This document shows positions 26,555 to 36,460 of a stretch of 64,000 nt of DNA, one piece after another. Position 1 is the stretch's first letter; each line of letters opens with the position of its first letter. The position numbers and the translations under genes were made by a program. The notes under the pieces were generated by a model, which was not told the origin of the DNA, did not search any database, and saw only the letters and a list, made by a program, of their open reading frames with translations. The stretch comes from an uncultured Candidatus Saccharibacteria bacterium (GTDB taxonomy: Bacteria; Patescibacteriota; Minisyncoccia; Minisyncoccales; Staskawiczbacteraceae): assembly GCA_964479955.1 (NCBI GenBank), contig CAYZNK010000001.1, positions 144,091 to 208,090 on the forward strand, given 5' to 3'.

Positions 26555-29500
26555 ATGAGTATAAAAAGAACAATTATTTCGACTATAGTCGCTTTGGCTA
26601 TGGTTGCGACAGTTGCTCCTTCAGTTGCTCAGGGTGTAACAATTGAAGAATTGTTAGCCCAGATTGCTGCTTTGCAAGCTCAATTATTGGCTTTGCAAGG
26701 AGGCACAACAACAACCGGAACATCAACTTATACAGCTTGCGCTGGAGTTACCTTCACAAGAGCTTTAACAGTTGGTTCAACCGGATCTGATGTAAAGTGC
26801 TTACAGCAAATCTTAAATGGAACCGGTTATACGGTTGCAACAACAGGAGCAGGCTCACCAGGCTCAGAAACAACCTACTTTGGAAATTTAACCTTAGCGG
26901 CTGTTAAGAACTGGCAGGCAGCTCAAGGATGGACACCTGCAAACCAGGTTGGCCCATTATCAAGAGCCAAATTAAATTCAATCCTTGCTGGTTCTTCAAC
27001 TGGCACAGGAGGAACCGGAACAGTTATTCCAACAGGCGCAGGATTATCAGTTGCATTAGCGTCTAATAATCCAGCATCAGGAACAGTTGTTGCCGGACAA
27101 GCTCAAGCTCCCTTGGCAAGACTGGTCTTTACAAACGGCGATAATGCCGAGGTAAAGGTTACAACATTGAGATTGATGAGAGGAGGCGTTTCATCTGATT
27201 CGGCTTTATCAAATGTTTATTTGTTTGATGGAGCAGTCAGGTTGACAGATGCAGCTTCAGTTTCGGCTGGAGTCATTGGTTTTAATGATTCAATGGGACT
27301 TTTCACAATTCCTGCATACAGCTCAAAAACAATTACAGTTGCAGCTGATATCTTGAGCACATTAACTGGCGGAACAGTATCTGTAAGCTTAAATTCATCT
27401 TCAGATATCACAGCAAATTCAAGTTCCATAAAAGGAATGTATCCTTTGTACGGGAATACAATGTCAATCGTTGCTAACAACAACAATTTGGCAACAGCTT
27501 ATTTCTCGGTTAACAATGGAACAAGCGGTTTGGATGGTTCATATAACCCAGACGTAACACCAGCAGGAACATCTTCAACAAGCGGAATTGACCCGCAGAA
27601 TGATTATCCTGTTTGGTACACAAACCTTAATGTAAACATTAGCAATGGAACAGTAAGAATGAGCAGGTTTGCATTAAGAGAAGTCGGCTCAATCAACTAT
27701 TCTGATCTTCAAAACTTCAGGTTATATGTTGATGGAATACAGGTAGGTTCAGCAGTACAAAGCCTGGACGCAAACGGATATGTAACATTTGATTTGTCAT
27801 CAAGCCCGGTTTCAATGCAATCCGGAGCAAGACAAATAAAAATGTTAGCAGACATAACTGGAGGATCAAGCAGGTACTTCAGCTTCCAGTTAAAAACATC
27901 AGCCGATATCACATTAACCGATGGACAATACAATGTTAACATTGCTCCAACTTATAACAATGGTTCAGCCACTACAACAACATTTACAGCATTGAGAAGC
28001 TGCTGGTATAATACCGGTTCAGCGTATCAGTGTTATATCAATTCAGGTGCCACCACAACAACAAAGACATCTGATTCTCCATCAGGAGATGTTGTTAATT
28101 CAGCAAGCGGACAATTGTTAGGAAAATGGACATTGAAATCCAACGGTGAAAGAATTAAAGTTGATACTTTAAAGGCATACGTATTGTTTGGAAACACCGT
28201 AGCTACGGGAGATGATACAGAGTCTGCAACTTCTACAACATTGAGAAATGCAGCTTTGTATGCCAATGGAGTGCAGATTGGAAACACGGCCAACTTAGCA
28301 ACAGTAACATCAACCTATGTTGGTTCAGTTACTCCAACTACATTCAATTTGGGATCGTCTTTAATAGTTGATCCGTCAACTCCAGTAACATTGGAGTTGA
28401 AGGCAGATATCTACGATAACGCAGGTAGCAACAACGACATTGACGCAACCGACACATTGCAAGCAAAATTGTATGTCGGTTCAGGAAACGGTCAGGGAAT
28501 GGTATCTTCAACAACAAGCAATGTCCCAACAGCAACAACTGCAGCTAACCAATTGACAGTTGCGGCCGGAGGATTAACGTTGTCTCAGTATACAGCTTAT
28601 ACAGCTCAGACAATCGTTGCTCCTCAGACAAACTTTAAATTAGCTCACTTCACATTATCAGCCAGCACAACAGACACTGTTAATGTTTCAACAATTGAAG
28701 CTGATTTAGACTATGTCTCAGCCTTTGTAACCAATCTTTATGTAAAAATTGGTGATTACATGACAACGACAAAGGCCACAGTATCAGCTGCAAACACATG
28801 GTCCGTTAATTATGCTTTGCCAGCAGGCAACATAGTTGATGTAACGGTATACGGAGATTTGTCATCTTCAGCAGTTTGTCCATCAGGAAATCCATGCAAT
28901 GCCAGCGTATTGGTATCTGGAACAACAGCCAATTCGGCAACATCTGTAACAGGTCCTTCCAATGGAAGTGCCGCTACGGGTCAATCCATTGTGGTTGGAA
29001 CAGCTTCCTTCACAGGAACAGTTGACGGCTCAACTCCGTTAGCCGGAGCAGTTGCCGGAAACCAGTTGGTCGCAGGAGCCAAGTTTAAACTTACGGCTCT
29101 CTATGATAGCTACACGGTTACAGAAGCTAAAGTGCAGGCAAAAGACGACAATAACAGCAACAATGGAGCCGTTATTAAATCAGCCACTTTAACTGATGGA
29201 ATAAACAGCTACACAGTTCCATTTGACTCAGCGAATAACTACTTCTACTTTACCGGAATGAGCATTCCTGTTACCGCCAATTCAAACAAGGTATTAACAG
29301 TTAACCTTGATTTGTCTAATCCTGTAGCAGACACGTCAACAACCGGACAAAACGTAAAGCTTACTTTGTACGGATTAAAGGCTCTTAACAGCCAGGGAGA
29401 AGTGAAAGCCGATGGAACAGGTATTACGGGATCTGGCATCACTCTAAGTAATGCTGCCGGAAACCATATGTATGTTTACAGGTCAGTTCCAACCTTCACT

Positions 29501-30184
29501 AAACTTGCTGTAACAGGACAGGGAACAAATTTGAAGGCAGGCAGTGAAATCGTTTTGTACAGATTTACTGCAGGGGCTGATGCAAAAGGACCAGTTGCCT
29601 TGAAACAAATCAAGTTTACGGTAACAGTAGCTGATGATCCTGCTGCAGATACTTCACCTGTATTGGGAACCTTCAAGTTCTTTAGAACTGCATCAGGAAG
29701 CGAGACAGATATTTCTGATTATGTCCATATAACTGGAAATGGCTCAACTGATTTGGAGGCATCTGACACAATCGTAGAAGGAGGCAGCACTTATGCATAC
29801 GTAATCTTTGATACAGAGGAAACAATTCCAGCTGGTCAGACATATACATATGAATTAAGAGCAACTCCATCAGGATTTGCCGGATCAACTACAGATGCTG
29901 ACTCAGTCGCAACAAGCGTTGCAGTTGATTCAGCTCCAGCTGATACAACAGCGGGATACGATGTGACAGAGCCATACTTGTCAGCAGCTAGTGCATACAA
30001 CATCTATACATTGCACTCAGCTCAAAACGGTGGTGGGTCAGATACAGCTGAAAATGTCATCTGGTCTGATAACTCAGCTCTTAGCCACGACTGGACATAC
30101 TCAGCTTCTTCAGCTGACTGGTTCGGAGGCTACTTGATTAAGAGTTTGCCACTTTCAGCCACAGGTATTAACTACAACAACTAG
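26555..30184 (+). CDS. Large secreted S-layer-like protein with N-terminal peptidoglycan-binding domain
   Basis: Signal peptide, IEELLAQIAALQAQL coil, PG-binding-1-like (LTVGSTGSDVKCLQQILN..YFGNLTLAAVKNWQ), T/S/G/N-rich beta repeats; distinct codon style; strong terminator. Confidence 0.8.
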   Translation: MSIKRTIISTIVALAMVATVAPSVAQGVTIEELLAQIAALQAQLLALQGGTTTTGTSTYTACAGVTFTRALTVGSTGSDVKCLQQILNGTGYTVATTGAGSPGSETTYFGNLTLAAVKNWQAAQGWTPANQVGPLSRAKLNSILAGSSTGTGGTGTVIPTGAGLSVALASNNPASGTVVAGQAQAPLARLVFTNGDNAEVKVTTLRLMRGGVSSDSALSNVYLFDGAVRLTDAASVSAGVIGFNDSMGLFTIPAYSSKTITVAADILSTLTGGTVSVSLNSSSDITANSSSIKGMYPLYGNTMSIVANNNNLATAYFSVNNGTSGLDGSYNPDVTPAGTSSTSGIDPQNDYPVWYTNLNVNISNGTVRMSRFALREVGSINYSDLQNFRLYVDGIQVGSAVQSLDANGYVTFDLSSSPVSMQSGARQIKMLADITGGSSRYFSFQLKTSADITLTDGQYNVNIAPTYNNGSATTTTFTALRSCWYNTGSAYQCYINSGATTTTKTSDSPSGDVVNSASGQLLGKWTLKSNGERIKVDTLKAYVLFGNTVATGDDTESATSTTLRNAALYANGVQIGNTANLATVTSTYVGSVTPTTFNLGSSLIVDPSTPVTLELKADIYDNAGSNNDIDATDTLQAKLYVGSGNGQGMVSSTTSNVPTATTAANQLTVAAGGLTLSQYTAYTAQTIVAPQTNFKLAHFTLSASTTDTVNVSTIEADLDYVSAFVTNLYVKIGDYMTTTKATVSAANTWSVNYALPAGNIVDVTVYGDLSSSAVCPSGNPCNASVLVSGTTANSATSVTGPSNGSAATGQSIVVGTASFTGTVDGSTPLAGAVAGNQLVAGAKFKLTALYDSYTVTEAKVQAKDDNNSNNGAVIKSATLTDGINSYTVPFDSANNYFYFTGMSIPVTANSNKVLTVNLDLSNPVADTSTTGQNVKLTLYGLKALNSQGEVKADGTGITGSGITLSNAAGNHMYVYRSVPTFTKLAVTGQGTNLKAGSEIVLYRFTAGADAKGPVALKQIKFTVTVADDPAADTSPVLGTFKFFRTASGSETDISDYVHITGNGSTDLEASDTIVEGGSTYAYVIFDTEETIPAGQTYTYELRATPSGFAGSTTDADSVATSVAVDSAPADTTAGYDVTEPYLSAASAYNIYTLHSAQNGGGSDTAENVIWSDNSALSHDWTYSASSADWFGGYLIKSLPLSATGINYNN

Positions 30185-30225
30185 TACTTGCCTCTCACCT
30201 TGCTTGTGACAAGGTTGCGAGAGAA

Positions 30226-30259
30226 AAACAAAAACTCCCCTTAAGGGGAGTTTTTGTTT
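30226..30259. terminator. Strong bidirectional terminator
   Basis: AAACAAAAACTCCCC-TTAA-GGGGAGTTTTTGTTT. Confidence 0.9.
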
Positions 30260-30274
30260 CTGGGTTGTTGAGAA

Positions 30275-32533
30275 TTAGTGGGGAAGAGTTTGAAGAAACA
30301 TATCTACCTCTTCTTTTGCATCAGGCATAAGCTGTAAAAATATCATTGCTTGTTCCCTTGCTTTTTTATATTCTTTTAATTGGACATAAACAAAAGCCAA
30401 AGAGGCATAATTTTGTGCAACATCGGGTTTTCTTTTTATAATTTCTTGGTAAACAATTACAAGGCTTGAATAATCATTTATCTCAGTAAAAGCATTTGCC
30501 AGTTGATATAAATAAGTTATGCTGATGTTTCCATATTTTTCAATAAATGTCTGAAAATTTTCATTTGCTTGTTCTATTTTTTTTAAATATATTTCCGACA
30601 TAATTTTTATCCAATAGCATTCTGCTAAATCTGGCTCCAATTCAATACACTTTAGTGCCATTTTTTCCATTTCTCCATAATTTCCTGCTACCATATTAAG
30701 CTTTGCTTGTTCTATTACTACTTCTGGATGAAGGGGGGCCAGTTGCTCTGCTTTTTTAAGATAAGAGTCAGATTTTTGTAATAATAAATCTTTTTGACTT
30801 AAGTCTTTTTCTGAAGCTGCTTTTATATTTGTAAATCCTCCCAAAAAAAGCCAAAAACGAGAATATGTTGGTCTAATTTCTATTGCTTTTTCTAAAATTT
30901 TGCTTCCCATCTCTGCATATTCTAAATTTTTATCAGGATTTATTGATGCGCATAATTTTATATTTTCAACATAATGAATTATAATGTGCGCATCTAAAAA
31001 ACTGTGTTTTTTAAGAAGATTCTCAGATATTGAAAAAGATTTTTCGCACTTTTCGTTTTCCGCAAGGTCATCTGCATCGTTAACTTGTTTGTTAATTTGC
31101 AGAGGCAAAAAATTGTATTGCCATAAAAAAATCAATAAAAAAACAGATAAAACAGTTACAATAAATCTTTTCCCTTTTATTTTTTTATAATTTTTTTGAT
31201 TGTTTGCATCTTCATTTTTATGAGGATATATTAAAAACATTGAATATCCTACTATTAAATAAAATAAAAGGTATGAAGAAAATCCGTCAAAACTAAAAAA
31301 GTTTGCAGCAGAATATGCAATTATCGTAGCTTGAATTCCATGGCAAATTTTGTTATCGCTGACCTTCTTATTTTTTTGTAGGAGTAAAAAAATTGCCATA
31401 AAGAGAACAATATATACTATAGTAGCCGGAATTCCGCTAGTTACCGCAACATCCAAAAATGCATTGTGAGACCTGTCCCACCATCCTCCCCATGTTTTTG
31501 ATATATAAGGAAGGGAAGGGTCATAATGTTTATCAAATCCAATAGCAAGATTTTCTGGACCCCATCCTAAAATAGGTTTTTCTATTATTGCTTTTATAAC
31601 TACTTTCCATGCAGAAAATCTTGGGTCTGCTAAGGCTGAATCTATGGAAAGTCTGTTTTTAACTGAGTTAAAAATTCTATTGTCTTCCAAGAACTCCGGA
31701 AATATTTTTTGAGAGTTAATATAATAAACGGTAAAAAATCCAAGAACAATTAATGCCCCAAAAATAATTTTTAAAATAATAATTTTTTTAAAAACGGGTT
31801 TGTTTTTGGGTGTATTTTTAATCGGATAAAACAATAAAAAATATGTTGCTCCGGCCAGTAATCCAATATATGAGGCCCTAGACCCCGTTATTAGAATTGT
31901 AAATAAAAATAATAGAACAGCTGAAAAATAAAAGATTTTACGCCAGCGGATTTTTTCTTTTATGGCAAAGACAAATGTTATAAAAAATAGCAAAAGAATA
32001 TAAATACCCAACATTATTGGGTTTCCCATTGTTGACGGAGGCCTGTCTCCTGAGGAAATAAATATATTGCTGAATAGTCCATAGTACTGGATAAAGGCTA
32101 TTAAAGATGCCAAAACCCCTACAAGTATAGAGAAATCAAGAAGTTTTTTCCAGTCTTCTGCTTTTATACTTAAAAAAGTAAAAACAGCAAAGATTATATA
32201 AAATAAAAAATTTATCGCACCTTGTGCTCTGTAGGGAGAGCCCCATAAACTAAAATTTATGTCTTGAGAAAATATTGTTGATAATATTATTAACAGAAAA
32301 TATATCCCAAAAATCCAAAAAACTTTGTTGTTTTTGAAGCTTGGCAGGTGTAACTCGTTTCTTTTATAAAGGAATTGCCACATAAAAAGAAATAATAGAA
32401 TTGACATGACAATTCTAAAAATGATTCCTTTACCCCAATCAACAGGATGGAGATAGTTAGGACCTGCTAAAATTGGCAAAAATAAAATTATTAAAATTCC
32501 TATAAGATAAACCTTGTATAATGAATTTTGCAT
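30275..32533 (-). CDS. O-antigen ligase/oligosaccharyltransferase-like (Wzy_C) membrane protein with C-terminal TPRs
   Basis: STMGNP, TGSRASY, KPILGWGPEN, DRSHNAFLD motifs; many TMs; TPR-like helical tail. Confidence 0.88.
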   Translation of the reverse strand: MQNSLYKVYLIGILIILFLPILAGPNYLHPVDWGKGIIFRIVMSILLFLFMWQFLYKRNELHLPSFKNNKVFWIFGIYFLLIILSTIFSQDINFSLWGSPYRAQGAINFLFYIIFAVFTFLSIKAEDWKKLLDFSILVGVLASLIAFIQYYGLFSNIFISSGDRPPSTMGNPIMLGIYILLLFFITFVFAIKEKIRWRKIFYFSAVLLFLFTILITGSRASYIGLLAGATYFLLFYPIKNTPKNKPVFKKIIILKIIFGALIVLGFFTVYYINSQKIFPEFLEDNRIFNSVKNRLSIDSALADPRFSAWKVVIKAIIEKPILGWGPENLAIGFDKHYDPSLPYISKTWGGWWDRSHNAFLDVAVTSGIPATIVYIVLFMAIFLLLQKNKKVSDNKICHGIQATIIAYSAANFFSFDGFSSYLLFYLIVGYSMFLIYPHKNEDANNQKNYKKIKGKRFIVTVLSVFLLIFLWQYNFLPLQINKQVNDADDLAENEKCEKSFSISENLLKKHSFLDAHIIIHYVENIKLCASINPDKNLEYAEMGSKILEKAIEIRPTYSRFWLFLGGFTNIKAASEKDLSQKDLLLQKSDSYLKKAEQLAPLHPEVVIEQAKLNMVAGNYGEMEKMALKCIELEPDLAECYWIKIMSEIYLKKIEQANENFQTFIEKYGNISITYLYQLANAFTEINDYSSLVIVYQEIIKRKPDVAQNYASLAFVYVQLKEYKKAREQAMIFLQLMPDAKEEVDMFLQTLPH

Positions 32534-32539
32534 GGTTTT

Positions 32540-32698
32540 TTAAAATAAAGGATAAATTAACGGAGCTATTGCCGAGCTTTCTGCAAAAATTATCAATAAT
32601 CCGCAAATTAGCAGAAATATTATAATAGGGGCCAGCCACCATTTTTTTCTGGTTTTTAAAAAATCCCATATTTCTCTGACAATCAAAATTTTGCTCAT
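32540..32698 (-). CDS. Small single-TM protein of the SxtK/DUF5989 type (52 aa; absent from the ORF track)
   Basis: MSKILIVREIWDFLKTRKKWWLAPIIIFLLICGLLIIFAESSAIAPLIYPLF; RKKWWLAP and APxIYxLF are the family hallmarks; fills the gap between its neighbours. Confidence 0.88.
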   Translation of the reverse strand: MSKILIVREIWDFLKTRKKWWLAPIIIFLLICGLLIIFAESSAIAPLIYPLF

Positions 32699-32718
32699 GT
32701 ATTTTTATTTAAGGTATT

Positions 32719-33135
32719 TCAAAATTGTTTTTTATATTCTTCTTTTTTTATATCAGCAGTTTTTACAACTGTCCAATAACTTTTGGATTTTTTATCTATT
32801 TTTATATTCAGGAGGTCTTTGCCTGATAATTTTAAAAATAAAGAAATGGGAGTTAATATTATAAAAAATAATATAATCAAAATCATGGATGATATTATTA
32901 TCCCAATAATGATTCCTATCGTCATCCATGTTTTTTGCAGGGGCTTTAACACAGATGGCAGAAACAAGGATAATAGTAAAACAGCAATAGATGCTAAAAA
33001 AAGCAACAGAGAATAATTATATTTTTTAAGAAAAATAAAATATACAGCAAAAATAACCATTAAGGATACTAAAACAAGAGAAAATTTTGATATCTCCTTT
33101 TTATCGCTTTTTATATTTTTTATACTATCTAACAT
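32719..33135 (-). CDS. SxtJ-like membrane protein
   Basis: TM-rich; LKPLQKTWM, ILTPI, SYW and terminal YKKQF motifs; follows the carbamoyltransferase. Confidence 0.8.
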   Translation of the reverse strand: MLDSIKNIKSDKKEISKFSLVLVSLMVIFAVYFIFLKKYNYSLLLFLASIAVLLLSLFLPSVLKPLQKTWMTIGIIIGIIISSMILIILFFIILTPISLFLKLSGKDLLNIKIDKKSKSYWTVVKTADIKKEEYKKQF

Positions 33136-33148
33136 TATTTTAATTTTT

Positions 33149-34960
33149 TTAATCTATCTCAAAAGTTTTTTTCCAGTCTGTATCATTTTTAATTGGTTTT
33201 TGCTCTTTTTTATCCAAAAGAAAATCTCCAAGCAAAAGATAATCCATGTTTGTTCTTAAAAAACATAAATACGCGTCTTTTGGTGAACAAACAATTGGCT
33301 CTCCTCTTACATTAAATGAAGTGTTTACAATTACAGGACAGCCGTATTTTTTAAAAAATGCGGCAATAATACTGTAGTAAAATGGGTTTGATTCTTTTGC
33401 AACAGTTTGTAATCTGGCAGAAAAATCAACATGGGTTACAGCAGGTATTTTAGAGCGGATTACATCAAGTTTCATTTCTTTTTCCGATTTATTTTCGCTT
33501 ACCTCAAGGCGTAAATTTTTATTTACAGGAGCCGTTAAAAGCATGTAAGGAGACTCTGTATCTAAATCAAAAAACTTTTTTGATTCTTCAGTTAAAACAG
33601 AAGGAGCAAATGGCCTGAAACTCTCCCTGAATTTTATTTTTAGATTCATTATTTTTTGCATTTCAGGGCTTCTTGGGTCTCCGATAATAGACCGATTTCC
33701 AAGCGCCCTTGGCCCAAACTCCATTCTGCCATGAAATATACCTATAACTTTTTGGCTATTTATAAGGTCTGCAATTTTATCCGGAATTTCTTCTGGAGTT
33801 AGCTTCAAAGAGGGGATATTATCAGATTCTAAAAAATTTTGTATTTCTTGATTGCTAAATTCTGGACCAAGAAGAGATGAGTTTTGAAAGTCATGGATTT
33901 CATCTGCTATTCTTTGATTTTGCAGATATTGGTAAAAAACGGACAATGCGGCCCCTAAGGCCCCTCCGGCATCTCCGGAAGCTGGCTGTATCCAAATATT
34001 TTTAAAAGGTCCCTCTTTTAAAATTTTTGAATTAGCCACACAGTTTAAGGCTACTCCTCCTGCCATGCATAAATTTTTTTGCCTAGTAATTTTAAAAAGA
34101 TAATTTGCAGTTCTAAGAACTATTTCTTCTGTAACATCTTGTATTGACCTGGCAATGTCTGCCTCTCTTTGGCTAATTGGGGTTTCTGGTTTTCTTGCAG
34201 GTCCCTTAAAAAGTTTTTCAAATTTTTTGTTTGTCATTTTTAATCCTGTGCAGTAATCAAAGTAATCCATATTCATTCTGAATGAGCCGTCTTCTTTAAG
34301 GTCAATTAATTCAGAAAGTATTATTTCTTTATATTTAGGTTTTCCGTAGGGAGCTAATCCCATTAGTTTATATTCTCCGGAGTTAACTTTAAATCCGCAA
34401 AAATAAGTGAAAGCAGAATAAAACATTCCCAAAGAATGGGGAAAATTGATTTCAGAAATCATTCTTAACTCATTTCCTTTTCCTATCCAACAACTTGTGG
34501 TGGATTTTTCTCCAACAGCGTCCATTATTAAAATTGCTGATTCTTGAAATGGTGAGGCAAAAAAAGCCGATGCGGCGTGAGACTGATGATGGCTTATAAA
34601 TAAAATATTTTTAGCAGGATTTAGTTTTTTTTCTATGATATCTTTTATCCAGATTTTTTCTTTTATCCATAAGGGCATTGATTTTAGAAAAGACTTTATG
34701 CCAAAAGGCGCAAAAGAAAGATAAGTTTCCAGTAGTCGCTCAAATTTTAAAAACGGCTTTTCGTAAAAAGCTATATAATCAATATCTTTTTCTGATAACC
34801 CCTGAGATTTTAAGCAGTAGTTAATTGCGTTTTGTGGAAAAGAAGCATCATGTTTTTTTCTGGTGAATCTTTCTTCTTGGGCTGCGGCTACTATTTTGCC
34901 GTCTTTTACAAGACAGGCCGCACTATCATGATAAAAAGCTGAAATTCCTAAAACATTCAT
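33149..34960 (-). CDS. O-carbamoyltransferase (NodU/CmcH family)
   Basis: GISAFYHDSAA, EERFTRKKH, HHQSHAASAF, GEYKLMGLAPYG, AGGVALNC, EFGPRALGNRS, KFRESFRPFAP, NTSFNVRGEP. Confidence 0.96.
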   Translation of the reverse strand: MNVLGISAFYHDSAACLVKDGKIVAAAQEERFTRKKHDASFPQNAINYCLKSQGLSEKDIDYIAFYEKPFLKFERLLETYLSFAPFGIKSFLKSMPLWIKEKIWIKDIIEKKLNPAKNILFISHHQSHAASAFFASPFQESAILIMDAVGEKSTTSCWIGKGNELRMISEINFPHSLGMFYSAFTYFCGFKVNSGEYKLMGLAPYGKPKYKEIILSELIDLKEDGSFRMNMDYFDYCTGLKMTNKKFEKLFKGPARKPETPISQREADIARSIQDVTEEIVLRTANYLFKITRQKNLCMAGGVALNCVANSKILKEGPFKNIWIQPASGDAGGALGAALSVFYQYLQNQRIADEIHDFQNSSLLGPEFSNQEIQNFLESDNIPSLKLTPEEIPDKIADLINSQKVIGIFHGRMEFGPRALGNRSIIGDPRSPEMQKIMNLKIKFRESFRPFAPSVLTEESKKFFDLDTESPYMLLTAPVNKNLRLEVSENKSEKEMKLDVIRSKIPAVTHVDFSARLQTVAKESNPFYYSIIAAFFKKYGCPVIVNTSFNVRGEPIVCSPKDAYLCFLRTNMDYLLLGDFLLDKKEQKPIKNDTDWKKTFEID

Positions 34961-36369
34961 TTTATGTTTTGATTTAAAAAATCAGTAATAATATTCCCCG
35001 AGAGAAAATGCCCCAAATCGTTCAAATGTTCGTTATCTTTTGAGTATATATTTTTGTAATTATTATTTTTTACATAATCCCTGAAATATGGTAAAAGGTC
35101 AAGGTAGGGAATTTGATTTTCTATTGAATAATTTTCTATATATTTTTGCGGAAAATTAATGTCATAATCTTGGCCGGATTCTGCAGTAGCATAAACTTGG
35201 TTTTTAAAAGGCAGAGTCACAATCATAAGTTTTATATTATTCTCTTGGCACAAATTTTTGATGGCTTCCAATTCCAAAGTAACTTTTGAAACAGTTTCTT
35301 TTCCAATCTCCGGATATTCTTTTTGGCACCAAAAATTAGAAGAAGCAAAAGATTTATTATCCGTAAAATCAACGGGGCCATAACTGTTGTCTGATTTTTG
35401 AGCTACATTTTCTAAAAAGCTGTTTAATAGAGTATAAAAGTAAGTGTTCCTTATTGCAATAGTGGTATTTTTTATAAAATAGAGAATAGGATTTTTAGGA
35501 TTTGTTTGGGGAGTTATAAAATCTTTTGAAATTTCCTGAGGCATATCTTTTAGCAAATTTTCATTAAATACCAATATCCCTCCTTCTTCGTTAAATAATT
35601 TTTCACCAAAATAAGTGTCTCTAAAATCATTTCCGTTATAGGAAACTAAAATGAGATATTTGGGCCCAAAATTTATTACGTCGTTTTTTAACTGAATGGC
35701 CTCGTGGGAAAATCCATATCCTGGCATTCCAAAGTTTATTACTTCAAATTGGTTTTGGTTTATCTTGGAGTTAAATACTCCAACAAAAGAATTTTCAACA
35801 GTTGAGGACCATGCGCCAAAAGTTTGAGAGTCCCCCATAAAAGCAATGCGCTCTTTTTCAGAATTATTATTGATGGAAACTTCCTGCCATCTTAATCCCA
35901 TTGAATTTGTTTTTATATTCATTGTTTGGCCTCCTATCGTAATATTTATATCCAAATTTGGTTTTGTTTTATAGGGCAGGTTATCTTCTCCTTTTTCAAA
36001 AATTTGTAAACCGCCACGCTGTTTTAAAATAATTTTTTCAGAGGGAATAATTAAGTGCAAAACCCCTTCTGCTGCAAAAAAACATAAAATTAAGGAGGTT
36101 ATAAAAATAAATATATTAGTTTGTTTGCTTAGATTTTTTCTATATAATAACAAGATAGCCCCAATTGTAATCAAAATAATAGAGCCCGTCCAAAGCATAA
36201 TTTTATGGGAGAGCGGAAATTGACTGCCTTGCCATACAAAAAGTTTTGCTAAAACCCATTGGTTGAATACAATTGGAAGCGCAACAAAACCAAACCCGCA
36301 GGCTGTGTATATACCGGATAATATTCCTTTAAATTTAAGGACATTTTTCTTTTCTAAATGCGGTTCCAT
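34957..36369 (-). CDS. Membrane-anchored SGNH/GDSL hydrolase-fold protein (AlgJ/DltD-like)
   Basis: Three TMs, then GDSQTFG (block I), NFGMPG (II), GND (III), DNEH (V). Confidence 0.85.
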   Translation of the reverse strand: MEPHLEKKNVLKFKGILSGIYTACGFGFVALPIVFNQWVLAKLFVWQGSQFPLSHKIMLWTGSIILITIGAILLLYRKNLSKQTNIFIFITSLILCFFAAEGVLHLIIPSEKIILKQRGGLQIFEKGEDNLPYKTKPNLDINITIGGQTMNIKTNSMGLRWQEVSINNNSEKERIAFMGDSQTFGAWSSTVENSFVGVFNSKINQNQFEVINFGMPGYGFSHEAIQLKNDVINFGPKYLILVSYNGNDFRDTYFGEKLFNEEGGILVFNENLLKDMPQEISKDFITPQTNPKNPILYFIKNTTIAIRNTYFYTLLNSFLENVAQKSDNSYGPVDFTDNKSFASSNFWCQKEYPEIGKETVSKVTLELEAIKNLCQENNIKLMIVTLPFKNQVYATAESGQDYDINFPQKYIENYSIENQIPYLDLLPYFRDYVKNNNYKNIYSKDNEHLNDLGHFLSGNIITDFLNQNIK

Positions 36370-36460
36370 TCTCTTTTTATTTTTGTTATTTTATGATATA
36401 AAAATAGTATCTTATTCCCAAGAGACATAGTTGTATTATTATTGATAATACCAATTTAAC

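Noticed and set aside
32540-34960. Saxitoxin biosynthesis (sxtI/J/K-like genes)
   Set aside because: No sxtA, sxtG or other core genes; the context is a surface-glycan locus.
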